From the NCBI GenBank assembly GCA_964016885.1, contig OZ024743.1:112592001-112656000 (forward strand): DNA of 64,000 nt. The letters are read 5' to 3'. The stretch is from Eledone cirrhosa (taxonomy: Eukaryota). Both the position numbers and the translations under genes were made by a program. The notes below the pieces were generated by a model. That model saw only the letters and a program-made list of their open reading frames with translations, searched no databases and was not told the DNA's origin. Positions within the stretch are counted from its first letter, which is position 1; every line of letters starts with the position of its first letter. Of this stretch, positions 16,655 through 30,764 are shown piece by piece.

Positions 16655-17351
16655 TAAGTATGTATACGTACATACATATATGTATACAGACGTACAGCAG
16701 TATGTATATATATACATACATGCACACACATATATGTATATATATATATATGTACGTATGGATTTACCGAACATTTATTATAATGCTCGGTTTGTTTGTA
16801 AACAAACATCCCGAATTAAGCCGTACGGTGTTTAGCAACAATCGTTGCCCTTTTGTTCAACACTGACAAAGGAACGATGTACTAGTTTCAAGCTTATTAG
16901 CTATCGTCAGCACCGTATACCTTCCTGCCAGATGATTGAACGTCTGAAAGTATATACTTTCCTTATGCATATTATATGCATAAGGAAAATATGCATAAGA
17001 TAAGTATATACTTTCAGACGTTCAATCATCTGGCAAGAAGATATACGGTGCTGACGATAGCTAATAAGCTTGAAACTAGTACATCGTTTCTTTGTCAGTG
17101 TTGAACAAAAGGGCAACGATGGTTGTTAAACACTGTACGGCTTAATTCGGGGTGTTTGTTTACAAACAGACCGAGCATTATAATAAATGTTTGGTAAATC
17201 TATACGTACATATATATATGTGTGCATGTATGTATATATATACATACTACTGTACGTCTGTATACATATATGTATGTACGTATACATACTTATATTTAAG
17301 TAACAGCCGTACTAAGAGTGAGAAATGAAATTTCGTTTCACTTTTTCCGTT
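16655..17351. mobile_element. HHR element family A fold-back (tail-out inverted pair)
   Basis: HHR at 16874-16916 (-) and 17045-17087 (+); arms of about 290 bp are complementary; right end TTTTCCGTTT runs into (AT)n. Confidence 0.85.
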
Positions 17352-17523
17352 TATATATATATATAAACAGTATATATATACATATATATGTATATTTTTA
17401 TGCATATATGTATATATATATATATATGTGTGTATATATAAATATATGTGTATGGTATGTGTGTATTAATATAAATGTGTGTGTTGGAGTATATATATAT
17501 ATATACATATATATGTGTGTGTC

Positions 17524-17597
<74 letters not shown>

Positions 17598-18399
17598 TGC
17601 ATTTCAGAGTACGTAGTATGCATTTCTGCAAGGTCAGGGCATGCACACATGTTTCGCTGATTTGTTTTAAGTTAAACAGAAATGCTAACTTCATGCACAC
17701 CTGTGATGTGCTATTAATTGTCGTTATTAATATCGACACATCTTGCTTTTCTCGCGATGCTTTATAGCTATTACAAATGTCACTATCAGCTTCTTCATCA
17801 TGTGAAGATGATGAAACGAGAAAGAAAATTATATTTTGAAATTTGAAGTTAAACAATTCAAATGATTGCATCAGCTGATGATAATATTGTAATCAAATAC
17901 GGCCCCCAGCATCGCCATAGCCGAATGAATGGAACTAGTATAATATAGACTTAGTTATTACTGTTTATAAGCTACCTTGGCATCCCAATTTGTGGCCCCT
18001 ATTTAAATCTACGGGGACAGGACCTTTGAGAGTTGAGTAAATTAAACATCAATGTAGTAATGTAAACACTTAGCAAATTGTCCTTCGCCTTCGTTCTGTG
18101 TGTCCCCTGTTTTGGATTCATATTCGAAATTCTTAGCTCGCCACGCGGGATTTTTGAACCTATCAAATAATAGGCAATAAACTGCTCATGAAATCTATTT
18201 TGTTTGTTCAACGACCTAACAGTAATTGCTCTCCTTTCATATTGTTGATTTAATAAAGAGGTCAGAGGCCTGTTTAATTTATGGTACAATTGTTTCATAA
18301 AACCTACAGTTTGAAAAATGTGTCCGAACTCGGAAAAACCGATCTCCCACTGCCATCGCCTCCATCTCTCTATTATGAGCAACTGGGGTCCCACGTGCT

Positions 18400-18495
18400 G
18401 GCCGCCCCACAGTCTCGGAGGACAGAATGGAGAAGAGGTTTCCCCGGTGGATGGTAAAGGGGATGCACTGGAAGAACCATTCCATCTCGCGAGGT
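18400..18495 (-). mobile_element. Short 3' remnant of a CRE-clade retrotransposon
   Basis: PREMEWFFQCIPFTIHRGNLFSILS aligns with PRELEWLFQCVSLAVLLGNP at about 43395-43460; DNA similarity continues to ...CTGTGGG. Confidence 0.6.
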
Positions 18496-20009
18496 GGCAC
18501 TTATTTATAGCTAGGGACTAAGTCTTTTGAAAGTTAAATAGCTTAGTCATTAACAGTTCTGCCACCTTTTACCATATTGTAGTACCTATTTACAGCTAAG
18601 TAAACTGCACGGTTCAGAGTTAAGTACCTTAGTATTTCATAGTGCATAGTTTAATTAGCATAATGTAGCCCTTATGTGTACCGAAACTAATTAGGCGGTC
18701 GAAACTTAAGGGTTGTGATCAAGGATACAGTATGGTGAAATACCACATCGTTGTACCTAATGGACTGCCGAAAATGAAGCGACCTGCACGTGAATACCGT
18801 ATAGCTTACGCTTATAACATCATGACACATATCCATAGTTACGTGGGTTGTGCTGCTGGTACCGTAGTCATTACCAAAACCTTTTTCATTCAGTCGAAGT
18901 TGTATATCTAAGTCTACATTATCCACTGCTTCCTTTATTTTTGTAGACGGCATGGTATGATTTGAGGTTGAATTGACTGCTTTTTCTAGGACATCAATGA
19001 AGACCTCGATGTATCACATTTATTTGTTTGATCAGCCCTCACTCACTTTCAATGGTTTTCGTTTCTCGACTAAGTTTGTTAACCAATTTCAATTGTGTTT
19101 GCCATTTTCATAATGAAGCGTTTTCTAATATTTCCACCATGTCATAAAACCCAATATCAACAATGCTTCTAGCTACAAATCCCTGACATCTCACCTCTAT
19201 TGAAAGAACTGCAGACTAACATAATCGTATCTCACTCGATTTATGTACTTTATATAATTAGGTTCACTTTTTCATGCACTCACTCCTTATTGCCTTCCTA
19301 ATATAATGTCCACTCAACAATTAGAACATATTGTGTTAAGTCAGGGCCTGGTATCGTCATAACAAAATATCCACGGAATACGTGCACCTTCTTCAAATCC
19401 ATGTGTACCTTATGATCTTGATACTAGCATTGCTTTGTTTACCTTCCTGGGTTGTCCTTTCCAACTCTTCTCGTTGCGGAAAACAACAGGGAGCAACCTT
19501 AGGTAGCGATGCTGCTATATTCTTATTGAATACAACAACAGGGATTCTATTCAAGGGTTGACTTACATGCTCTCAGATCATGTTTAAGTAATTCATAATC
19601 ACCGGGCGGATAAGAATCAGCAGCAACACTCCAACCCCAATGTCTAATATTGGTTGGTAATGGGAGCAAGTCATACACTGCTCCCAGGAGGAGAGGCAAT
19701 ATGGCTGGTTTCATTTTTTATGATCATTTCTATAACAGCTTATTTTGTCTTGTCACCCATGCTGTTGATGCATATAGGCTTCCTAATGATACAGCTTTAG
19801 TTGCATTCTGGTTTTCTTCAATATGTCGTATGTCTTCGGTTACCATGCCTGACCCTGCTTTGTTATTCTATCATCTCATTCGTGTTCAGTATTGTCTCTG
19901 GTTGGATCAGCTGTGTATATGTCGATCGAATGTATAATCATATCTGCTTCGCTACTTCATGTGATTTCAATTGATAAAATCAACGTCAATCCCAGTAAAT
20001 ATAAATGCA

Positions 20010-20220
20010 GAGGATTAACAGAATCGGTAGAGCGTCGGACAACATGCTTAGCGGCATAGAGTTACGGCCTTTTACATTCAGAGTTCAAATTCCGCCGAGA
20101 TTAGCTTTACCTTTCATCTTTATGGAGTCGATAAAATAAAGTACCAGCAACGTAATGGGGGCGATTTAATCGACTTTCTCCTCCCCAAAATTGCTGGCCT
20201 TGTGCCTAAATCAGAAACCA
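20010..20220 (+). mobile_element. tRNA-derived SINE, MetaSINE-like family
   Basis: Same head, B-box and CTTTCATC...GTCGATAAAATAAAGTACC...TTGCTGGCCTTGTGCCTAAA layout as the other copies. Confidence 0.8.
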
Positions 20221-20395
20221 ATATGTATAACGAGAAAATTAACTACTGCAGACCTTCAAAGCCAAATGAACAGATTCAGGTAATTCACAACACGTACACT
20301 ACATCTAATATTCTTTCCGGATTGAAGGAATGTGTGGTCGTGACAACTGTAAAACAAAACAAAATAAACATCTACTAATATAATAGCCTAGAGAT

Positions 20396-21562
20396 GACTG
20401 AAGAAGGAAGGGGTGATTACATCGACTGAAGAAGGAAGGGGTGATTACGTCGACTGAGGAAGGAAGGGGTGATTACGTCGACTGAGGAAGGAAGGGTGAT
20501 TACATCGACTGAGGAAGGAAGGGGTGATTACATCGACTAAAGAAGGAAGGGGTGATTACATCGACTAAAGAAGGAAGGGCTGATTATATCGACTGAGGAA
20601 GGAAGGGGTGATTACATCGACTGAGGAAGGAAGGGGTGATTACATCGACTGAGGAAGGAAGGGGTGATTACATCGACTAAAGAAGGAAGGGGTGATTACA
20701 TCGACTAAAGAAGGAAGGGGGGATTACATCGACTGAGGAAGGAAGGGGTGATTACGTCGACTGAGGTAGGAAGGGGTGATTACATCGACTGAGGAAGGAA
20801 GGGGTGATTACATCGACTGAAGAAGGAAGGGGTGATTACATCGACTGAGGAAGGAAGGGCTGATTACATCGACTGAGGAAGGAAGGGGTGATTACATCGA
20901 CTGAAGAAGGAAGGGGAGATTACATCGACTGAAGAAGGAAGGGGGTGATTACATCGACTGAGGAAGGAAGGGGAGATTACATCGACTGAAGAAGGAAGGG
21001 GGGATTACATCGACTGAAGAAGGAAGGGGTGATTACATCGACTGAAGAAGGAAAGGGTGATTACGTCGACTGATGAAGGAAGGGGTGATTACATCGACTG
21101 AGGAAGGAAGGGGTGATTACGTCGACTGAGGAAGGAGGGGTGATTACGTCGACTGAGGAAGGAAGGGGTGATTACATCGACTGAAGAAGGAAGGGGTGAT
21201 TACATCGACTGAAGAAGGAAGGGGTGATTACATCGACTGGGGAAGGAACGGGTGATTACATCGACTGAGGAAGGAAGGGGTGATTACATCGACTGAGGAA
21301 GGAAGGGGTGATTACATCGACTGAGGAAGGAAGGGGTGATTACATCGACTGAGGAAGGAAGGGGTGATTACGTCGACTGAGGAAGGAAGGGGTGATTACA
21401 TCGATTGAAGAAGGAAGGGGTGATTACGTCGACTGGGGAAGGAAGGGGTGATTACATCGACTGAGGAAGGAAGGGGTGATTACGTCGACTGAAGAAGGAA
21501 GGGGTGATTACATCGACTGAAGAAGGAAGGGGTGATTACATCGACTGAAGAAGGAAGGGGTG
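20396..21562. repeat. Minisatellite, 28-bp unit GACTGA(G/A)GAAGGAAGGGGTGATTAC(A/G)TC, about 41-42 copies
   Basis: Directly visible, highly homogeneous. Confidence 0.95.
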
Positions 21563-21958
21563 TCCAATAAACACACATCTTTGTGATGACTCTGCAAGGT
21601 GGGGATGCGAAACTATAGTGGTCCAGCGTTCTAAGATTCGTCACAGCTGTGTGTGTGTATGTGTGTATCACTTGTGTGAGTGAGAACGTAGGAACCAACC
21701 ATCACCTTCTTTATATATTATGTATAGATATTATAATTAATCCTCATTTTTGACGGCACGCTAGTGATCAAATATTTAGCTTCATTCCGTAAAGATTTGA
21801 CATCAATTCTTTTATTCTTTTCATTGCTCAAATGTCCTCAGTCTTCGATAAAATTGTACTGGAATTGTCTCTGCCGACTATAACTATGATGCCTACAAAT
21901 TCGCTTGGTACTCTATTTATACAAACCAATATTTAATAATATGTACTTATATATATAC

Positions 21959-22104
<146 letters not shown>

Positions 22105-22469
22105 ATGTATGTAGGTAGGTATTTATGTATGAATGTGTATATATATATAAATGCACATACATATTCATACGCGTAAGTGCATTCATTAATAAAATAACAA
22201 GACAGATCGATCAATAGAATTGTTATATATATATATATATATATATATAAAGAGAGAGATAGAGCGACTAAGAGAACGTGTGTGTGTGTCTGTGTATGTG
22301 TGAAAGAGACAGAAAGTGAGTGACAGTTAGGTGGTGGAAGAGAAATATATATATATTTGTATATATATTTTTTTCTTAGCGCAGTTCAATACCTGCTTAT
22401 GTGTATAGATATATATATATATGTGTGTGTGCGTGTACATGTGTGTGTGTGTATGTATACATATATATT

Positions 22470-22601
<132 letters not shown>

Positions 22602-22913
22602 GAAGATAGGAAGATAGAAAGATAGATAGATACTATTTCTTTGAATGACACACATCTATACAAGTGTACTTTTACTTACATTATTATATATTTCTACGTC
22701 GGTTGTTTACATACTTAGAACATTACATGACAGATGTTAGATTCCAAGTCAATCAGCTCGATGTCAAATCAATAGAGTTACAGAAGACATATTGCCATTC
22801 ATAGATGACATATTGTCTTTCAATATTCGACATATTGCCTGTCATCCTTAAATACATATTTTGGCATTTTCTTAAACAACTGAGACTGGGCTATTTGTGC
22901 ATAGTTGTTATAT

Positions 22914-23043
<130 letters not shown>

Positions 23044-23091
23044 TTAGATATATTTCTGTGTGTGAGCGAGTGAGTGTTGGAGTATGTGTGA

Positions 23092-23125
<34 letters not shown>

Positions 23126-23365
23126 TCGAGGATTGGGAGCTGAGTGAATGTGTTTTTCGATGCTAAAGGTATGGAGTTATATAACTGCCATCGATTGCAT
23201 ATCGATAATTTTTCTCTCTAGAAAACCCCGAAAACAATGAAGTAATTAGGTACTTTGATTGTTTAATATTATACACACACATATATATATATATATATAC
23301 TACAGTTGCATTTTCATATGTAACTAAATAAATATTCTTAAAAGAATATATATATATATATATAT

Positions 23366-23442
<77 letters not shown>

Positions 23443-23658
23443 TATATATGTATACTACAGTTGCATTTTCATATGTAAGTAAATAAATATTCTTAAAAGA
23501 CTACAGTTGCATTTTCAATTTCTTTCCCTCATATATATATATATATAAAGAAAAGAAATTGAAAATGCAACTGTAGTCTTTTAAGAATATTTATTTACTT
23601 ATGATTATCAAAAGTAAAATAGAGGTGGAAGGTTTTTTATTTCTGTTGTAGTGTGTCT

Positions 23659-23717
<59 letters not shown>

Positions 23718-23746
23718 GTGGTTATACAACAGTTAGTTCACCATAC

Positions 23747-23784
23747 CGAGAACATTTGTTTCACCTTAGCGGATCCTCAGCTCG
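23747..23784 (-). ncRNA. Minimal type-I hammerhead ribozyme in the 3' pLTR of a Penelope-like element
   Basis: cgag-CTGAGGA-t cc gctaa gg t-GAAA-caaatg-TT-ctcg on the minus strand, about 180 nt downstream of the GIY-YIG stop on the same strand. Confidence 0.75.
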
Positions 23785-23964
23785 TAATGGGCATGGTTAT
23801 ACGGAACAGGAAGGACAACCGTACGAATGTGCATGCGCAGAAACCCGTCACTTCACACAGGCAATACTAAAATGCGTGCGGGAGGTGTAAGGGAGATAAC
23901 TGCGAAAGTCCGAAAAGTTTTTAGTTGATAAGAAAAAATATTGATGTTGTTACAATAATTCATT

Positions 23965-24680
23965 CAATCCGGAGCCTTGTAGTTATCCAATAGGTGTTTC
24001 GAGACGTGTGGACAACGTGTAAAAAATTCATTTCTCGTGTTTAGGCAATCACTATTGCATAATCTCTTTAGAATATTTATTCGTTCGTCAATACACAGTC
24101 CACACGACGGATTTCCCCTTGGTGATGGCTTTCCATTGAATGGAGTAGTCTATACTTGAGTCCTTGAGGGACCATACGTGGCTCGCGAGTTTCGTGGATG
24201 AACGTCTGTCCGGGTACCTAAAGGTCGACTAATTGTTCAGGAAACGTTCCTTAAATCGGCCCTCCGCCATGCCCACATAGGATTTGACCTCATGTGGTTG
24301 GTTTGGTTGGTTGGAAGTGACCACAGCTTCATAAATTACAGCTGGTGTGTTGCATTTCTGTTGAAGGGGGCAAGCTTCGGGCTTACGGCAAGAGCACCCT
24401 GGTGGGGTGTTGCTCTTAGGGCTGCTGGTGATGTGGGCCTTCATGTTCTTAGCGCAGGAGTATCCTAGTTTTACTTTGTGTCGGTTAAAGATGGAGCAAT
24501 ATTTATGACCTATGGGATCTAAGGGGACTAGAAACTTTTTGCCTACATTGGTTTTAACGTTGGGTGAGAAGGGAGGAGAGAACCAGATAGTTTGTCTATT
24601 GTTGAGCTTTCTTTTCTTAATGCTGTTGTTGATAGTGGGAGAGTAAGTGATAGGTTGTGAGAAGCCGCTGTTATATATAG
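23965..24680 (-). pseudogene. Penelope-like element fragment, linker and GIY-YIG endonuclease (possibly Naiad/Neptune type)
   Basis: IWFSPPFSPNVKTNVGKKFL; CSCRKPEACPL; AVIYEAVV...YVGMAEGRFKERF; LNTRNEFFTRCPH; stop and frameshift present. Confidence 0.85.
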
Positions 24681-24687
24681 TCTGCCG

Positions 24688-24739
<52 letters not shown>

Positions 24740-25157
24740 TGTGTGTTGGGGGCGTACAGGACAGAGACAACGGAAAAAACAACAGAATGATGGACAGTCC
24801 CAACTCCTTAGTCAACGGCTGGAAATCGGTACAGTTTCGGTACATTAAAGCTGTTACTGTTCATTCCAGTGCACATTAGGATATAACAGAACAGGTAGAG
24901 ACAAGTTATTCCCTTTGGAGAATTACACAAATATAGAAGAAAAATCAATCCATGTGTGAAGGGAGAGAAAGGTACGAAAGGTGTGTGTGTGCTTGTAACT
25001 ACGAAGCTATCAGCAAAAGTATGTTTTTATAAGTGTCTGTATGTGTGTATACAGAACTCTGAAGGGAAAAGTGGAGTGTGCCGTTAACGGCATTCCTAAG
25101 TTTTAACGACAATACAACTTTCTCCGGCTTAGCCTGTTCCCCCCCTTTCGGAACTTT

Positions 25158-25193
25158 TCCCCCGTTGATGGGCGTGAGCCCGAAATATTGGGA
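25158..25193 (+). ncRNA. Degenerate minimal hammerhead (C4 variant, A6 mutated)
   Basis: tccc-CCGTTGA-t gggc gtga gccc-GAAA-ta-TT-ggga. Confidence 0.5.
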
Positions 25194-25350
25194 TTAAATC
25201 TCCTCTACGGTAACCCTTCTACCTTTGTTTTGTTTTCATTTTCATTTTCACTTTTCTCCTATTTCTCACTCACTTCTTACCTCGAGATTTCCCATCTGCA
25301 TTGTTATGGCTTTCTAAACTACATATTTTATATATATATATATATATATA

Positions 25351-25548
25351 GGAGAGGATACATGAAAAGCACATGCTTTTTCATTGCAGGGTATTTTCAC
25401 CACCAGAGCGAAAGATATATAAACTGTGAAAGGTACGAGAAAAACATTATAATCAAACAGATTAATAAATTAAAAAAGTACCCAATGTCTTTCGCTCTGG
25501 TGGTGAAAATACCCTGTAATGAAAAAGCATGTTCTTTTCGTGTATTCT

Positions 25549-25549
<1 letters not shown>
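25351..25549. repeat. Inverted repeat (about 62-bp arms, about 72-bp spacer) between (TA)n tracts
   Basis: 25351-25415 is the imperfect reverse complement of 25488-25549. Confidence 0.85.
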
Positions 25550-25605
<56 letters not shown>

Positions 25606-25832
25606 CAAGTAAGAATATTTTCAAAACAGCGAGGGGGTTTTGAAATTATTAGAAATGTAAGCTATTGCCGTATGTTGACAAAAGAAATTAAAGAAATTAT
25701 TTAGCCTGATAGTGGGGTTAAGAACCCTCGGAGAAATGGAAAAAGATGAGTATTGACGTATATTTATATATATATATAAGGTAAGTTATTCCGGGTTGAA
25801 TATAAATACCACAACATTTAGTTTGGAAAGCC

Positions 25833-25883
25833 AGAATCCTGATGATTTCTAAAGAATGAAACAGTTCTAGTCCTGTAGAATCT
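25833..25883 (+). ncRNA. Type-I hammerhead ribozyme motif
   Basis: agaatc-CTGATGA-t ttc taaa gaa t-GAAA-cag ttctagtc ctg-TA-gaatct (one mismatch in stem I); decayed relatives near 10849-10889 and 44588-44605. Confidence 0.7.
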
Positions 25884-25885
25884 AA

Positions 25886-25957
<72 letters not shown>

Positions 25958-26757
25958 CTGTTCAAGAGTAACCAATCTTAAAGATAAAGATGGAGATAGG
26001 CGAGGAGAAGAGAGATTGGTGAATTAGTTAGAAGCTAAAAGCGTAAAGGCTCAATGTGCAATATGCAGTGGAAGGCAGTTAGGTGGCTGGGTTCATGCAG
26101 AGGTTAGGTGCACAGATTGGAAATATTCATTATTTAAGCAAAACATGACCACAAATTTCACAAGGAAGACATTATTTAAAGATTGTCAACATAGTTGTAG
26201 TTTAATGTAAGGAATGTAAATATATATATATAACTGGTATCACAAGTGGTGTGCCACCTTATTGCACGAAAATGCACTGCCAGCAAGATGGCTGACGAGG
26301 TATTGATGTATTAGTCTGTTCGTATTATGTAACATTATGCATTTACTTTTGACGCTATGTTCGTATATATCTACGCCAATATCCACCTATTTTGATTAAC
26401 TGTTTTTTCTTGCTTGAACCGCATTTCCTGTATTTCTCCTTTTTTCTTTCTGAGTCTCTTTCTCTCTCTCACCCTCTGCTTCCTACTCCATTTCTCTCAC
26501 AACCTCTCGTTTTCTACTGCTGTTACCTCTTGTCCTCATGCCATTGATTTGGACGTTGGCCTCTAGTAGTGTTAAGAATTGGACATTCTTTGCTTTGTTT
26601 TCCACCACATTTCATTGGCGAAAGTCAATTTTTCTCACGTGATCCATTCAATCCTAGTTGTAAATTTTCACCAGTGAATCCCCTCTTGTCGAAAGACACC
26701 CGTAAAATTCCATATCTATTAATTTTTTTTTGTTATCATCTCAAATGAATCACACTA

Positions 26758-26789
<32 letters not shown>

Positions 26790-26809
26790 TTATATATATA
26801 TATATATAT

Positions 26810-27033
26810 AACGAAGGAAGTGTGGTAAGGAACCAGATTAACCATAACGCATCAGAATACTCAATACTTAGGGTTGTAGAGCGGGTAATAGGAAAATGTT
26901 CAAGACCCCGACGGCAGAGCTCAAGCCTTTCGGCGGCTATTTCTGGACAGAAATACCCGTCGAAACGGCTATAGTCCAGAAATAGCCGTCGAAACGGCTT
27001 GAGCTCTGCCGTCGGGGTCTTGAACATTTTCCT
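26810..27033. mobile_element. HHR element family B fold-back (3' halves only) between (TA)n tracts
   Basis: 26890-26948 is inverted at 26974-27033; carries GAAA-cggc ttgagctct gccg-TC-ggggtc. Confidence 0.8.
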
Positions 27034-27079
27034 ACATATATATATATGTGTGTGTATATATATATATATATATACATAT

Positions 27080-27169
<90 letters not shown>

Positions 27170-28579
27170 GTATATAGACATACATATGTATAGATATATA
27201 TATACATATATATATATACACATATATGTGTGTATATATATGTGTGCATGATGTGTTTAGACTCAGAGAAATATTTGTTGGCTTTTGGACATATACGCTA
27301 TTTAATATAACTCTTAACATCTCTTAATGATTTAGCGGAAAATATTTACATATGTGTTCGTAATGTTTATAATATAATTGCTAGAGGATAGCTCATTGTA
27401 TAAATGTGCTGCAAACTCAAGTACAGAGATTAATTCTTAATGACCATTCATATTTCTGTTTTGTACTTTTCAAATATGTCTTGCTGTACACGGTGTTAAG
27501 AATTGTTAGGAATAGAAATCAATTGTACATTAGCAAGCAGTCTATTACTTTCTTTCAACTGTTAACATTCTGCAAGGGTTTTGTAGAAAACATCTAAAAA
27601 TGTGTATTTTAATTCAAATGTTTTTAGTATATTTATTAGTGGACAGATCTTTGTGATAATTTGCAGCAAATTAAAGGAAAAAAAAAACAGAAACTTTAAT
27701 TTCGATATAGTGCAATTATTGTGCCTCGTTAAATATTTCAAATATATCATCTAATACAGTTTCATGGTGATGTGGACGTTAAGAGTTACAATAAGTACAC
27801 ATTAGTGATGTAGTTTTCGATGAATTATGCATGAAAAGACAAAGAAAGGGAGTGGTTACGAGTGAAATGTCTTTGATGATAAGTCTGCTTCAACAACAAG
27901 AAAATCAACTGGAGATTTCAGCTCTATCGGTGTTAATAAGAAAATAACAAGATTTATAATGACATTCCTCAAAACGTTCATCGCGTAAACGCATTGACTA
28001 TTAGTTCCAATATGTTTCCTCTTGAAAACTAAATGTGTCTGTATATTTCCCAATTAATAATTCATACACTTTGTTATGCAGTCTGTGATATTCCTGAATA
28101 AAATGTCTGTACCATACTCAACTTTGTTTCCTTATTGTTGTTATCATTATTATTTTTTTTATCATTATTATTATTGTTGTTGATATAAAGTAAAACACGT
28201 CCAACAGATCGATTTGACATCGGTGTATCTTTGTATTTATTTCATCGATTCTCAGAAGATTAAAAACCAATATTGTCTACCTTCTGATCTCTATTCTGAA
28301 CTATGAAGCACGAAGATTGACGCTGTCACTTACAACCAAAACAAAATTCTCATTGCACTCCAATCGTCGAATAGGTATTGTTATAATTTTCTTTAGTACA
28401 AATTTGTTAAATATTCATTTGGAGATATATAGCTGACTGATTCTAGCTCAACATGCGGTTTAGATTACTTTTATAGCACTCTCTGCCAAATACTTCTAAG
28501 GGAAAAGGTACATCAATAATTTAAAACTGTGAGAGTTTTAATAAGTTAACTAGATGTCATTTAATATTTAAGCGAGATT

Positions 28580-29130
28580 ATGGTGGTGGATTGGCAGAAT
28601 TGTTAGAGCGTCGGCTGAAATGTAATTGCGATATTTGCTCTGGTTCTTTATATTCTGAGTTCAAATCCTGCCAAGACCAACTCTGTCTTTCCTTCTCCGG
28701 AGTCGATAAGATAAAGTAAGACTTAAGTATTGGGGTTTGCTACCCTACTGCTTAGAAATGAATATTAAGATAAGCCAGATTAGGGTGGTAGATTGGCAGA
28801 ATTGGTAGATCATGGCATAAAATGTCAATGCTGTATTTGTTCTTGCTCTATACATTCTCACTTCAAATGCTACCGTGGTCAACTTTACATATTATCTTTC
28901 GGGAATCAATAAAATAACAGATACCAGTTATGTACTGGATTTGATTTCATGAAATTTGCCCTTCGCTCCAAAATTTCCCAGCTTTTTGTCGGAAGCAAGA
29001 AATTAATATTAAGATAATCCTAAGAGTGGTAGTTTGAAAGAATTGGTAGATCGTCGGTATTTGTTCTGGTTCTTTATGTTATCAATTCAAATCATGCCAA
29101 AGCCAGTATGCCTTTCATCATTCTGGGCTT
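28580..29130 (+). mobile_element. Three degenerate tandem copies of the MetaSINE-like SINE
   Basis: Repeated GGTGG..GATTGGCAGAATTG.TAGA heads, GTTCAAATC boxes and decayed CTTTCATC...GTCGATAA. Confidence 0.65.
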
Positions 29131-30064
29131 GAAATAGAGATGTTTCTATATATCAGTGACAACTAACCTTCTGTGTGATATCCTTATTTGTTGAGGTGAT
29201 TGATGGGCTATATGTGAGCTATTTCTAGCATCATTATATACCCTTCATATTGTCTGAGATATACAAATATTTACTTGGTTGGTAGATCTTCGAATACGTG
29301 TAATTTTTACACTACGCTGGATCGGTACGGATTAATTCCGTTTATTAACTCAGGTAAATATTGTTTTGCACTTTCAAAGAATGTCCTCTGAAGAGATTGA
29401 CTTCTTCAGTATTGCCTGTCTTATGTGCTGAAATGGCCAATGCTGTTTCCTGATAATTGAAACCGTGTTAAGGGCGAGATTATTTGTGAAGCTATCTTAT
29501 TTTAGGTTGATTAACTAGGAATCTAACTGTCGCTCACTTTGCAAACGTTATTCTATATGTATGTGTTTCTATTCACAATGCATTAATTAAACCGAGGTTA
29601 ATGTACAAGACACTTTTACTAAAAGAATAGCCCCGCGTATCAAGATATTACCTGGTACCACCTGGGTGCTAAGAGATATCCATAATCACAGTGTTATACA
29701 TGCTGTCAAGTATTAACACATAGAAGTGCAATGATATTTTCTATGTAGATATGCTCATTAAGTAGCATATCTTTGGATATAACATATTTTCTACTGATGA
29801 CAAACGTAATATCAATACAAATCCTCTACGGTTGTTCTGTGTTGATAGAAGAGCGAAGCAATATCCTGGTATATGCTACTGCTACTTTAAGTGGCAGCCC
29901 AAAGACATCATTTATATTTCGATCCAATTTATCACTATTCATTACTTCATATCAGACTACACAGTCCATATCAATCTTCATATTACATACTTTAACCTGT
30001 GTATTCGGTCAACATCAGATAAAACGGGAAATCAGGAAAATGTTTTCATTGCACCTAACTTATG

Positions 30065-30154
<90 letters not shown>

Positions 30155-30155
30155 C

Positions 30156-30273
<118 letters not shown>

Positions 30274-30764
30274 ATGTATATATATATATATATATATATA
30301 GAAAGATTTGAATGGATACATATATATGTGTGTGTGTGTGTGTGTGTGAGTGTGTTTGAATGTGATAACAGAGTGTTGTAGCTTGCTTGAAGCTTTGTTG
30401 AATAGGAAACACAAATTTAAATAATTTTGAAAACCGAACAATGCATTAGAAAGAAAATTAGATCGCTAAGATAACAAAAGGATCTTACATTAGCAAATTT
30501 AATGATCCATAATATTTTGTAGAATACCCAGATCACTCTCAAGATCTCAACAGAGATTACCCACAAGAAACTGGGCGAAAAACGATCTAAACCTGAAAGC
30601 AAACCTAGGTCATTTCCCCAGATTGTGAAAAATAATGCTAACAAGAAATGGAAAAATAATATACATAATACCAAAAATAGGACTAAATACATAACGAAAC
30701 CAAATATAATATCACGACCAAAAGTTCATCAAGCGAACACCAACAGGAATATAAATCCTGAACA

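Noticed and set aside
20396-21562. Regular 28-bp repeats resembling a CRISPR array
   Set aside because: Units are contiguous with no unique spacers, there are no cas genes, and the context is eukaryotic
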